Of a stretch of DNA of 64,000 nucleotides, positions 7,381-15,847 are shown in pieces. The position numbers and the translations under genes were made by a program. The notes under the pieces are model-generated. The model was given only the letters and a program-made list of their open reading frames with translations, was not told the DNA's origin and searched no databases. Origin of the DNA: a virus. Its lineage: Duplodnaviria; Caudoviricetes. Each line of letters opens with the position of its first letter. The first letter of the stretch is position 1. The stretch spans positions 2,067-66,066 of IMG/VR virus record IMGVR_UViG_3300030090_002325; one strand, written 5' to 3'.

Positions 7381-8608
7381 GTTAACTAGACCAGAAGATA
7401 GGGTTACTAAGGCACACATTCGTATCATGACCAGTCCTGAGTTCTGTATGTTCTCAGGTGTGTTGTCAATAGGGGATATAACTTTTACCAGAGATATACC
7501 CACCGCATGTACAAATGGGCGTGATGTTATCTATAACCCTGACTTCATAGACACAATGAATGATAAGGAACTTACGTTCTTAATACTTCATGAAGCTATA
7601 CACAAAGCATTTCAACACATGCACTTGTGGCAGAAACTGTATAAGGAAGACGCTAGGTTAGCCAACATAGCCGCTGACTATGTAGTTAACAGTAGCATTA
7701 AAGATGCCGATCCTTATGAGAAAAGGTGTGCAATGCCTAACAATGCTCTGTATGACAAGAGGTATGATGGCATGACAACTAGGCAAATCTTTGACCTACT
7801 GAAGAAGAATCCACCACCCCAACAACCTCAGCCTTCTCCTATGGGAAGTCAGGGGAAAGAGGATAAATCATCCCAGTCTGGTACACAAAAAAGTTCACAA
7901 GGACAACAGGAAACTTTGGACTCACATGACTGGGAAGGTGCTAAACAAATGTCTAAGGAGGAAAAGACAAGGGTACAGAAACAGATAGACCAAGCACTGA
8001 GACAAGGAGAAGTAATCAGGGGGAAGATGAAGGGAGATATTAACAGAGGAGTGAAGGAGTTGCTTGAGCCACAAGTTAACTGGCGTGAACAACTACGAGA
8101 GTTCATAACTGCTATATCTAAAAGCAAAGATGAAACTTCTTTTAGGCGACCACACAGGAGGTTCGTAAGTCAGGATATCTATATGCCTTCAATGATAGGC
8201 AACTGCATAAATAAAATAGTTATCGCAGGGGATTTGTCTGGCTCTATTAGTTCAGAGACAGAGCGTAAGTTTCTGACTGAGGCAATACAAGTCTGTAAAG
8301 ATGTTAACCCTAACACCCTCGATCTTATTTGGTGGGACTATGATGTGCAAGGACATGAGGTGTACATAGAGGGAGAGTACGACACTATCCTAGAACGTAC
8401 CAAACCTACTGGTGGTGGAGGAACTCGTGTTGGGTGTGTAAATGAGTTCATTAAGGATAAAAGACTCGATCCCGATGTTGTAATTATTCTTACTGATGGG
8501 TACGTGGAAGATGATTGGGGTGGTACGTGGGATTACCCAACACTATGGGCAATCACTGAAAAACGTATGACTTCACCACATGGTAAATCAATTTATATAG
8601 ACGAGTAA
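7373..8608 (+). CDS. DUF2201-type metallopeptidase (HExxH) plus VWA domain protein
   Basis: PTACTNG, LHEAIH, NIAADYVVN; MIDAS-type DLSGS, GGGGT, LTDG. Confidence 0.9.
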   Translation: MAKLTRPEDRVTKAHIRIMTSPEFCMFSGVLSIGDITFTRDIPTACTNGRDVIYNPDFIDTMNDKELTFLILHEAIHKAFQHMHLWQKLYKEDARLANIAADYVVNSSIKDADPYEKRCAMPNNALYDKRYDGMTTRQIFDLLKKNPPPQQPQPSPMGSQGKEDKSSQSGTQKSSQGQQETLDSHDWEGAKQMSKEEKTRVQKQIDQALRQGEVIRGKMKGDINRGVKELLEPQVNWREQLREFITAISKSKDETSFRRPHRRFVSQDIYMPSMIGNCINKIVIAGDLSGSISSETERKFLTEAIQVCKDVNPNTLDLIWWDYDVQGHEVYIEGEYDTILERTKPTGGGGTRVGCVNEFIKDKRLDPDVVIILTDGYVEDDWGGTWDYPTLWAITEKRMTSPHGKSIYIDE

Positions 8609-8613
8609 CAAAC

Positions 8614-8642
8614 GAACAAATGGCTATTGTAGCCAAAAGTTC
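8614..8642. repeat. 29-bp dispersed palindrome, copy 8
   Basis: gaac aaat ggcta ttg tagcc aaaa gttc; 5 nt after stop 8608 and abutting AAGGAGG. Confidence 0.95.
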
Positions 8643-8654
8643 AAGGAGGTGAAT

Positions 8655-8867
8655 ATGTATTTCGTAACAATTTTATGGGGTGAAAACCCTAGTAAACATG
8701 AGGAACCAGAGCTTTATTACTTTAATACTGAGCGAGAACGAGAAGCGTTTATGTCTGGAGTTAATACTGCGATGGGGTGGCAAGACTATGACGTGCAGTT
8801 TCATAGCACCGCAAAGAAGTTTAAACATGAAGAGTTTGATAACTATAAAGGAGAAGATGATGAGTGA
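8655..8867 (+). CDS. Hypothetical protein
   Basis: AAGGAGG RBS directly after palindrome copy 8. Confidence 0.7.
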   Translation: MYFVTILWGENPSKHEEPELYYFNTEREREAFMSGVNTAMGWQDYDVQFHSTAKKFKHEEFDNYKGEDDE

Positions 8868-9240
8868 GATAGAAGAAGCTAGTAATCATTTACTGAGAGT
8901 TGTAGAAATACTTAAAGGTTTTGATAAACGATTAAAAAATCTGGAGGATAACAAGGTGAATATAGAAGGATTAAATATAGATGAAATAGTTGAAGAAGTT
9001 AAACAGGATATTAAAGACAATCTTAACTACGGTGAGATAGCAGACCATATAAACCCATCTGATGTCGCTGAGCATATAAACCAAGCTGACATAGTAGAAG
9101 AGGTAGCAAATTACTATGGCGCAGAAGGTATAGCTGAACACGTGTATACAGACCAAGTAGCTGAGCATGTGGAGGTTGATTACGAAAAAGTAGTACAAGG
9201 TTTAATTAAATCTTTTATGGCAGATAAGGAGTGCAAGTGA
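8857..9240 (+). CDS. Hypothetical protein with (I/V)A(D/E)H(I/V) repeats
   Basis: AAGGAG RBS; IADHI, VAEHI, IAEHV, VAEHV. Confidence 0.75.
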   Translation: MMSEIEEASNHLLRVVEILKGFDKRLKNLEDNKVNIEGLNIDEIVEEVKQDIKDNLNYGEIADHINPSDVAEHINQADIVEEVANYYGAEGIAEHVYTDQVAEHVEVDYEKVVQGLIKSFMADKECK

Positions 9241-9494
9241 TGGACTATGTAGACGCAAATGTATTTTGGAAAACTATAGCACTAATCAAATCAGTAGGAG
9301 ATATAACTGAGGAGAGGGGTACTTTAGATTCGGGTAAAAAGAGTGGGATACAACAGGTATTTTATAAAGATGCTGATGGAATAATAGTAGGAGAGGTTCT
9401 TCGTGAACCCCCCAACCCTACTAACCATTACATTAACTACACATACATAACAAGTAAGCCAGAACTTTGGGAAAAAGTTAAGGAGGTGTCGTGA
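9240..9494 (+). CDS. Hypothetical protein
   Basis: Coupled ORF with AAGGAG RBS. Confidence 0.7.
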   Translation: MDYVDANVFWKTIALIKSVGDITEERGTLDSGKKSGIQQVFYKDADGIIVGEVLREPPNPTNHYINYTYITSKPELWEKVKEVS

Positions 9495-9874
9495 AAGAAA
9501 CAGATGAGTTTGACTTTGATGAAGACCATCACATTAAAGACAAATACCCTGAGTACATAGAGGAGGATAGTGATAGACATTCTGAAGAACAGTATGAAAT
9601 GGTATTTGAAGATAAATTAGATGAGGCTACAGACTTACTCTATAACCACCCAGAATCTTTTGCAGAGATAATGGAGGAACTCAGAGTAGAGGATAGAGAG
9701 TATGAGTTTGATTTCGCTAAGGTTCTCATGGACAGCTTGAAAGATTTACCTAGTTCATCAGAGGAAACAAATGTTATCAGGTCACACTCATTGATAACAA
9801 AGATCGCAACGGCATATGACAATCTTGTAGACGCATATGCTGAAACATTAACGAGAAAAGAGTTAGGAGGATAA
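9491..9874 (+). CDS. Highly acidic hypothetical protein (possible DNA mimic)
   Basis: AAGGAGG RBS; strongly Asp/Glu-rich. Confidence 0.75.
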   Translation: MKETDEFDFDEDHHIKDKYPEYIEEDSDRHSEEQYEMVFEDKLDEATDLLYNHPESFAEIMEELRVEDREYEFDFAKVLMDSLKDLPSSSEETNVIRSHSLITKIATAYDNLVDAYAETLTRKELGG

Positions 9875-9875
9875 T

Positions 9876-10484
9876 ATGAGTTTAAATATACCACAGTCCT
9901 ATCTAAACCATACTAGTTCAGTAGCACTGATTATGGACTGGAACACGTTTAGTAATGGGCAGAAGAAAAACATTCTTAAACCTATAACCACAGGTGTAGG
10001 TAGGAATAGCTATTGCGCGACAGCGATGGTGTCAAGAGGGTTAAGTCGTAGGTTTAAAATACCAGTGTGTGGGGTTGAGAATTCCCAACTAACTATACCT
10101 AAGAATCTACCTGATGGTCACCCTGCGTTCAAACTTCTATCTGACCACTATAAACTATGTAAAATTATTTCCCCAGAAATTAGTGAAAGTGCTGACGAAT
10201 ACTTAAAGTGTATAGACAATTATAAATTAAATAGCGCTAAACTTACACATGGTGGTAACGATTATAGTGGTTCATGGAGGCTGTTCTTTTATCATCAAGC
10301 TTTTGACAAGAAGCACTACGTTCAATTTAAAAAAGATTTAGTGTTTCCTACTCAAGTAGGTGATGAAGCTAAGAGCGCTATAGATAAGTTAAAAAATGAT
10401 CAGGTCAATACATTACGATTAGATTTTATAAGTGAGCTACGTAATGGGTATTACCACAAACTAATAGTAACGGAGGTAACATAA
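9876..10484 (+). CDS. Hypothetical protein
   Basis: AGGAGG RBS. Confidence 0.8.
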   Translation: MSLNIPQSYLNHTSSVALIMDWNTFSNGQKKNILKPITTGVGRNSYCATAMVSRGLSRRFKIPVCGVENSQLTIPKNLPDGHPAFKLLSDHYKLCKIISPEISESADEYLKCIDNYKLNSAKLTHGGNDYSGSWRLFFYHQAFDKKHYVQFKKDLVFPTQVGDEAKSAIDKLKNDQVNTLRLDFISELRNGYYHKLIVTEVT

Positions 10485-11350
10485 TGGAACCAGTAAGCAT
10501 AGCAACAAGCGCAGTTCAAATAGATTTAAACATATCTACATGGACAGCACGTAAATTAGATAGGAAAGTTTCAGAAGAGATTGATGGGACTAAGAAAGCT
10601 AATACCAGAGCAGGTAACTACAACAAACATTTACTTGCAGGAACTAAACAACTAAAAGACATTCAGTCATTGACTGGGGAGATAAGGAACTGGCATTTAA
10701 AGCAGACACTTCCTTGGTCTGACAATGGGACTAGGTTGTTACCAATGAGTAACTTCTTTAAATATAAAGAACAACTCAATGAATACCAACACCAGTTTGA
10801 TACTATGGTAGATCAACTTGTATCAGATTATCCTCAGTTGATAAGTCTATCAGCTTATAACTTAGGGGAATTATTTGATGCAAATGATTACCCCCCTGCA
10901 GAGCATATAAGGAGTAAGTTTAACTTGAGTTATACTATTATTCCTGTACCAGAGGCAGGGGATTTTAGAGTAGATATTGGCAACGATATACGTGAGGAAC
11001 TCAAAGAACAGTACGAAGAAGCTTACCAACAAAAGGTGGAGACAGCTATGAGTAGTGCTTGGTCTAGACTGCACACCACACTAGAAAATATGGTGAAAAA
11101 ATTAGCTGATCCCAGATGGGATGAAGAGGATGTAAAGAACCCACAGGTTTATGATTCGTTCGTAGGTCATGGTATGGAGTTAACTTCTCTTCTGACAAGT
11201 CTGAATATTACAAACGATAGCGACTTGGAACAAGCCAGAGTAGCGCTTGAACAAGCGTTAGCAGGAGTTCAACCTGACATGATAAAGAACCAACCTTATG
11301 TCAGAGAGAAACTACTTAAAGATGTTCAATCAATTAAGGACTTACTATGA
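10484..11350 (+). CDS. Conserved phage protein, DUF3150-like
   Basis: LNISTWTARKLD, TLPWSDNGTRLLP, DYP...IRSKF motifs; this type of protein co-occurs with AAA/VWA genes. Confidence 0.65.
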   Translation: MEPVSIATSAVQIDLNISTWTARKLDRKVSEEIDGTKKANTRAGNYNKHLLAGTKQLKDIQSLTGEIRNWHLKQTLPWSDNGTRLLPMSNFFKYKEQLNEYQHQFDTMVDQLVSDYPQLISLSAYNLGELFDANDYPPAEHIRSKFNLSYTIIPVPEAGDFRVDIGNDIREELKEQYEEAYQQKVETAMSSAWSRLHTTLENMVKKLADPRWDEEDVKNPQVYDSFVGHGMELTSLLTSLNITNDSDLEQARVALEQALAGVQPDMIKNQPYVREKLLKDVQSIKDLL

Positions 11351-11724
11351 AGGTAATAAAACTAACTGATGAAGATGATGCTGACTATCTTAGGGAAAGA
11401 GAAAGGGTAGCCATAGGAACGTTAAAACTAGCAGGAGACGGTTCTTATGTTAAAGGTGTAGGTATGCGTGATGGGGACTTCTATTTACTAGAGGAGACAT
11501 CCGAAGACTCTGAGTATATGGCTTTTGTAAGCGATGTTGATCCTACAAAGCGCCAATGGTTAGTTGATACTATACTGGCGAATGGTACAAAAAACACATT
11601 AGACATAGACTTACCTCCTATTCCAGAAAGTAGCACTCTTGTTTTCTTCAAAAAAATACGTAATAAAAAGTACTTGTTCAGAACATTATGGGACTTTAAA
11701 ATACAAGAAAAGACAGCTATTTGA
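11347..11724 (+). CDS. Hypothetical protein
   Basis: ATGA overlap with the upstream gene. Confidence 0.75.
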   Translation: MKVIKLTDEDDADYLRERERVAIGTLKLAGDGSYVKGVGMRDGDFYLLEETSEDSEYMAFVSDVDPTKRQWLVDTILANGTKNTLDIDLPPIPESSTLVFFKKIRNKKYLFRTLWDFKIQEKTAI

Positions 11725-11726
11725 TT

Positions 11727-11755
11727 GAACAAATGGTTATCATAGCCAAAAGTTC
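11727..11755. repeat. 29-bp dispersed palindrome, copy 9 (last)
   Basis: gaac aaat ggtta tca tagcc aaaa gttc; 2 nt after stop 11724, at the early/replication boundary. Confidence 0.95.
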
Positions 11756-11777
11756 AAGGCTCATATAATGACTAACA

Positions 11778-12071
11778 ATGACTAAGAAAGTTACAGAGAA
11801 GTGGGTTAAGCGCCAAGTAGTTCAACGTTTAAAAGAACTTGGCGCTTACTACTTCTATCCTGTAGCGAGTGGGTACATGTCCTCTGGTGTGCCTGATATT
11901 GTAGCCTGCTACAAAAGTAAATTCATAGCTATCGAATGCAAAGCCAACGGAAACAAACCAACCCCCCTCCAACTTAAAAACCTCAACGAGATAAACTTAT
12001 GTCTAGGTATTGCTTTGGTTATTGACGAGAATAACCTAGATGATGTTACTGCCACCCTCCTAAAACTCTAA
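11778..12071 (+). CDS. VRR-NUC domain nuclease (putative Holliday junction resolvase)
   Basis: E...GVPD...IECK...PTPLQ motifs. Confidence 0.9.
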   Translation: MTKKVTEKWVKRQVVQRLKELGAYYFYPVASGYMSSGVPDIVACYKSKFIAIECKANGNKPTPLQLKNLNEINLCLGIALVIDENNLDDVTATLLKL

Positions 12072-12081
12072 CCCTTTTCCT

Positions 12082-12381
12082 GTGATAGACAAATCAGAAA
12101 CTCCATGCGTTATAAATAAAAAAACTTCTGGTCAAGTTATGACCGTACATGATATATTACCTTCCCTTAAAATACTTATTGATATAACGAAACAATATGC
12201 CTACATACTTACCCCCACCAGCGGAGTTATTAGACGTTCTCGTGTGAGACATAATGAGATACATGACTACGAAAAATATGACCTTCCCTTAAAAGACGCG
12301 ATTAATTATATGAAAAGAAAACCACTATCACTCACAGCGTTTAATGAAATAAAAAAACTGGAGAAAAAAATAAATGCGTAA
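12082..12381 (+). CDS. Hypothetical protein
   Basis: ORF fills the gap; start uncertain. Confidence 0.5.
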   Translation: MIDKSETPCVINKKTSGQVMTVHDILPSLKILIDITKQYAYILTPTSGVIRRSRVRHNEIHDYEKYDLPLKDAINYMKRKPLSLTAFNEIKKLEKKINA

Positions 12382-14206
12382 TTTTATAGTTCTTGATTTT
12401 GAAACTTATTACTCAAAAGAATATGGGTTAAATAAACTTACAACAGAAGAATATATAAGAGACGATAGGTTTGAAGTTATAGGGGTGGCTGTTAAAAAAG
12501 ATAATCTAAACCCTGTTTGGAAAAGTGGTACGCACGAAGAAATAAAAAATTTTTTATTATCTTACGATCTAGAAAATAGTTTTGTTGTAGGGCATAACTT
12601 AAGATTTGATGGCGCTATTTTAAATTGGGTATTTAATATTAAACCGAAAGGACTTATTGATACATATAGCATGGGTGCGATACTACATGGTTTAACGGAA
12701 TCACTCTCACTAAATAATTTATCTAGTCTATACAATATAGGAAGTAAAGGGAGTGAAGTATTAGATGCTATAAATAAAAAACGTATTAATTTTACAATAA
12801 AAGAATTAGATGCTTATGGGAAATATTGTTGTAATGATGTAGTTTTAACACACCAACTTCTTTTAAAAATGATACCGTCATTTACAAAGGCAGAACTAAA
12901 ACTAATTGACTTAACTATTCGTATGTTTACAGAACCTACAATAAGAATAAATAAACCCCTACTGCTAAAACATTTACATGATGTTAGAGAAAATAAACAA
13001 AATCTATTAGACAAAGCTAACGTAGATAAAAAAATATTAATGAGCAATCCTCAGTTTGCTGACCTACTGAGAACCTTACAAGTAGACCCGCCCATGAAAA
13101 TAAGTCCTACCACAGGTAAACCTACATTCGCATTCGCTAAAACCGATCAAGGTTTTAAAGACCTCCTTGAGCATTCAGATGAGAAGATTCAAATCTTAGC
13201 TGCCGCGAGAATTGGTAACAAATCTACATTGGAAGAAACACGTACAGAGAACTTTATCAGTATATCCAACAGAGGTTTACTGCCCGTTCCTCTAAAATAC
13301 TCTGGTGCTGTGGTGTCTCACAGGTGGAGTGGGAGTGATGGGATAAATATGCAGAACTTACCACGCAGTTCAGAATTAAGACGTGCGTTATGCCCTCCGA
13401 CAGGACATAAGTTAGTAGTTTCAGATTTGAGTAACATAGAATTACGCTTGGCTTATTGGTTTTCTAACTCCCACCAAAAAATTGATCAAATAAAACAAGG
13501 TATAGACCTGTATACTCAATCCGCAACAGACATAACAGGAACACCTTATGATGAGGTAGATAAAGATTTACGTTACATATTTAAAGTAGTTAATCTATCT
13601 GGGATATATGGTGTGGGCGCTAATAAGATGCATAATATTTTGACGCAGGGTGGGGTTAAGAAAGATTTAGATGAAGTTAAAAATATAGTTTATGCCTATA
13701 GAAGAAACAACCCAGAACTTGTTGAGGCTTGGTCAAAAGCTGAGGAGATGCTAACTGCTGTTATGAATGCCCAAGCTTATAAAATGGGGGCGTCTGGTAT
13801 TATTAGTAGTGTCCCTAAAAAAGGAATGTTGAAACCTAATGGAATGTTATTGGGGCTTCCTAACCTAAGAATACTAAAAGATAAAGATGGTAGGGAATCG
13901 TGGGCGTATGATAAGAAGTTAGGTCGTAAAGTAATCCCAGAGTATATACACCCAGCCAAGACTTTTCAGAGGTGTATTCAATCTCTCGCTAGAGATGTCA
14001 TAGGAGAACACTTACTTTCTGTAGCTGCTAGATTTAAAGTGGTAATGACTGTGCATGATGAATTAGTTATTGTATGCCCTGACGATGAAGTAGATAATTG
14101 TGTGAAATATGTGAGAAAGTGTATGCAAACTCCGCCCGATTGGTGTTTAGATCTTCCCCTAGAATGTGAAATAGGAGTAGGGGATAACTATATGGATGCT
14201 AAATAA
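12374..14206 (+). CDS. polA: DNA polymerase family A with 3'-5' exonuclease domain
   Basis: Exo motifs LDFETY, HNLRFD, YCCND; motif A DLSNIELR, motif B RYIFKVVNLSGIYG, motif C VHDE. Confidence 0.95.
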   Translation: MRNFIVLDFETYYSKEYGLNKLTTEEYIRDDRFEVIGVAVKKDNLNPVWKSGTHEEIKNFLLSYDLENSFVVGHNLRFDGAILNWVFNIKPKGLIDTYSMGAILHGLTESLSLNNLSSLYNIGSKGSEVLDAINKKRINFTIKELDAYGKYCCNDVVLTHQLLLKMIPSFTKAELKLIDLTIRMFTEPTIRINKPLLLKHLHDVRENKQNLLDKANVDKKILMSNPQFADLLRTLQVDPPMKISPTTGKPTFAFAKTDQGFKDLLEHSDEKIQILAAARIGNKSTLEETRTENFISISNRGLLPVPLKYSGAVVSHRWSGSDGINMQNLPRSSELRRALCPPTGHKLVVSDLSNIELRLAYWFSNSHQKIDQIKQGIDLYTQSATDITGTPYDEVDKDLRYIFKVVNLSGIYGVGANKMHNILTQGGVKKDLDEVKNIVYAYRRNNPELVEAWSKAEEMLTAVMNAQAYKMGASGIISSVPKKGMLKPNGMLLGLPNLRILKDKDGRESWAYDKKLGRKVIPEYIHPAKTFQRCIQSLARDVIGEHLLSVAARFKVVMTVHDELVIVCPDDEVDNCVKYVRKCMQTPPDWCLDLPLECEIGVGDNYMDAK

Positions 14207-14877
14207 TGAAAAAATTTACTTGGTCTTACTCTAGTGCTACTACATTTGAGAAATGCCCTAAACAGTATTATCACTTATATGTAAAAAAAGATATTAAACA
14301 AGACCCCAATCAAAAACATTTTTTATATGGTAACGAAGTTCACAAAGCCGCAGAATTATATGTTAGAGATAGTACACCCCTCCCTGATAAGTTTTCTCAG
14401 TTTCAAGCGCCACTAGATAAATTAATTTCTATCCCCGGTGAAAAATTTTGTGAACATAAAATTGGGTTGACACAAAGCCTTGAACCTACTGAATTTTTTT
14501 CTGATGTTGTATGGTGGAGAGGGGTAATTGACTTATTAATACTTGACAAAGACCAGAAGGTGGCTACAATCGTAGATTATAAAACAGGAAAAAATAGTCG
14601 TTATGCAGATATGCGTCAACTATCTTTAATGAGTGTAGCGATATTCAAACACTTTCCTGAGATAGAAAAGATTAAATCAGCATTATTGTTTTTAGTTAGC
14701 AAAGAAGTTTTACGATCTGACTATAAAATTGAGAAGGTCGATGATATGTTTAAAGAATGGGGGACATTAGTAAAAAGAATAGACCATGCTTATGAAAGCG
14801 GAATATTTAATGCATCGCCTAATTTTGCATGTCGTAGTTTTTGCCCAGTCCAACAATGTTCTCACTGGGGTAAATAA
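14206..14877 (+). CDS. PD-(D/E)XK nuclease (RecB/Cas4-like)
   Basis: SYS...CP, G..VH, ID, DYKTG, QL, C-terminal cysteine cluster. Confidence 0.9.
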   Translation: MKKFTWSYSSATTFEKCPKQYYHLYVKKDIKQDPNQKHFLYGNEVHKAAELYVRDSTPLPDKFSQFQAPLDKLISIPGEKFCEHKIGLTQSLEPTEFFSDVVWWRGVIDLLILDKDQKVATIVDYKTGKNSRYADMRQLSLMSVAIFKHFPEIEKIKSALLFLVSKEVLRSDYKIEKVDDMFKEWGTLVKRIDHAYESGIFNASPNFACRSFCPVQQCSHWGK

Positions 14878-15155
14878 TGGCTAAGAAAAGAAAAAGAAAC
14901 TACCAAAAAGAAAACGAATATAAGAAAAGACCAGAACAAATAGCTATGAGGGTCAAAAGAAATGCTGCTCGTAGACAACTCATGAGAGAAGGATTAGTAA
15001 AAAAAGGTGATGGCACACATGTAAACCATATAGTTGCCCTAAGTAAAGGTGGCTCTAATGACAGGAAAAATTTGAGTGTGAGAGATGGAAAAAAGAATAG
15101 CTCCTATGCTAGAAACAAAGACGGTTCGATGAAAGGAAAAAATCGAAAGACATAG
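14877..15155 (+). CDS. HNH endonuclease-like protein
   Basis: HVNHIVALSKGGSN...NL...N. Confidence 0.8.
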   Translation: MAKKRKRNYQKENEYKKRPEQIAMRVKRNAARRQLMREGLVKKGDGTHVNHIVALSKGGSNDRKNLSVRDGKKNSSYARNKDGSMKGKNRKT

Positions 15156-15167
15156 CTCAGAAATGTC

Positions 15168-15326
15168 ATGATCTTTTATATAGAAGCTACAAATTTTAAG
15201 GGTACACGACACATTCAAGTAGAAGCTATTACACCTGATGAAGCAGAAGAAAAGGCTAAAAATATTTTAGGGGAAGGTTATTTTGTAGAATCAATTTCTA
15301 CATTTGAAACACTACAACGGTCATAG
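15168..15326 (+). CDS. Small hypothetical protein, 52 aa (MIFYIEATNFKG...)
   Basis: Read by eye; fills the gap. Confidence 0.5.
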   Translation: MIFYIEATNFKGTRHIQVEAITPDEAEEKAKNILGEGYFVESISTFETLQRS

Positions 15327-15337
15327 GGGAAGGTTAT

Positions 15338-15616
15338 ATGTTGGATAGTCTATGTATTATATTCTACACAGCCTACTTTAAATGGCCTGACGGTTCGTAT
15401 CATGCCTTCCCTCAAACAACGAACCGAATTGAAATTAAAACTGAAAATTTTAAAACGTTACTACTGAAAACAAAAAACAATACGTGGTATGGAATTATGA
15501 ATGGAAAAATTTTTTATGGGTCATTTGGCAAATACAGGGATAAACTCTGCGAACTTGCGGATAATGAATTATTACCTGATAAAGCATACAAACCACGCGC
15601 AGTTCTGGAGGAATAA
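15338..15616 (+). CDS. Hypothetical protein
   Basis: ORF with purine-rich RBS. Confidence 0.65.
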   Translation: MLDSLCIIFYTAYFKWPDGSYHAFPQTTNRIEIKTENFKTLLLKTKNNTWYGIMNGKIFYGSFGKYRDKLCELADNELLPDKAYKPRAVLEE

Positions 15617-15847
15617 ATGCAATACATAAAGGACTCTAATATTTTAAGACCGCCTACACCTAAAGAGATAAAAGACCTCAGGACTGAAACGGGGCTAACA
15701 GTGGCACAAGCGGCTAACTTAATACATAAAACAGCACGTTCTTTTCAAAGATGGGAAAGAGGTGATGGAGATATGCCACTAGCGTATTGGGAATTATTTG
15801 AGCTTAAATGCAAAGTAATTAAAATGCGCGAAGGTTCTGTAGCATAA
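15617..15847 (+). CDS. XRE-family helix-turn-helix regulator 1
   Basis: IKDLR..TGLTVAQAA..IHKTARSFQRWERG. Confidence 0.9.
   Translation: MQYIKDSNILRPPTPKEIKDLRTETGLTVAQAANLIHKTARSFQRWERGDGDMPLAYWELFELKCKVIKMREGSVA

Noticed and set aside
2-11755. 29-bp repeats as a CRISPR array or solitary CRISPR repeats
   Set aside because: Spacing ranges from about 150 bp to 3.5 kb and includes whole genes. The copies are degenerate and fully dyad-symmetric with GAAC...GTTC ends, unlike typical repeats, and there is no cas operon.
2-11755. Palindromes as intrinsic terminators or N4-type hairpin promoters
   Set aside because: Most copies lack a U tract and have mismatched stems, and no virion RNA polymerase motif was recognised. 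RNase III-type processing sites are not fully excluded.
14206-14877. Cas4 as evidence of a CRISPR system
   Set aside because: A stand-alone PD-(D/E)XK nuclease next to the DNA polymerase is a normal part of phage replication modules.
14877-15155. HNH as a mobile homing endonuclease or intron
   Set aside because: It is short, free-standing and translationally coupled, and the neighbouring genes are uninterrupted.
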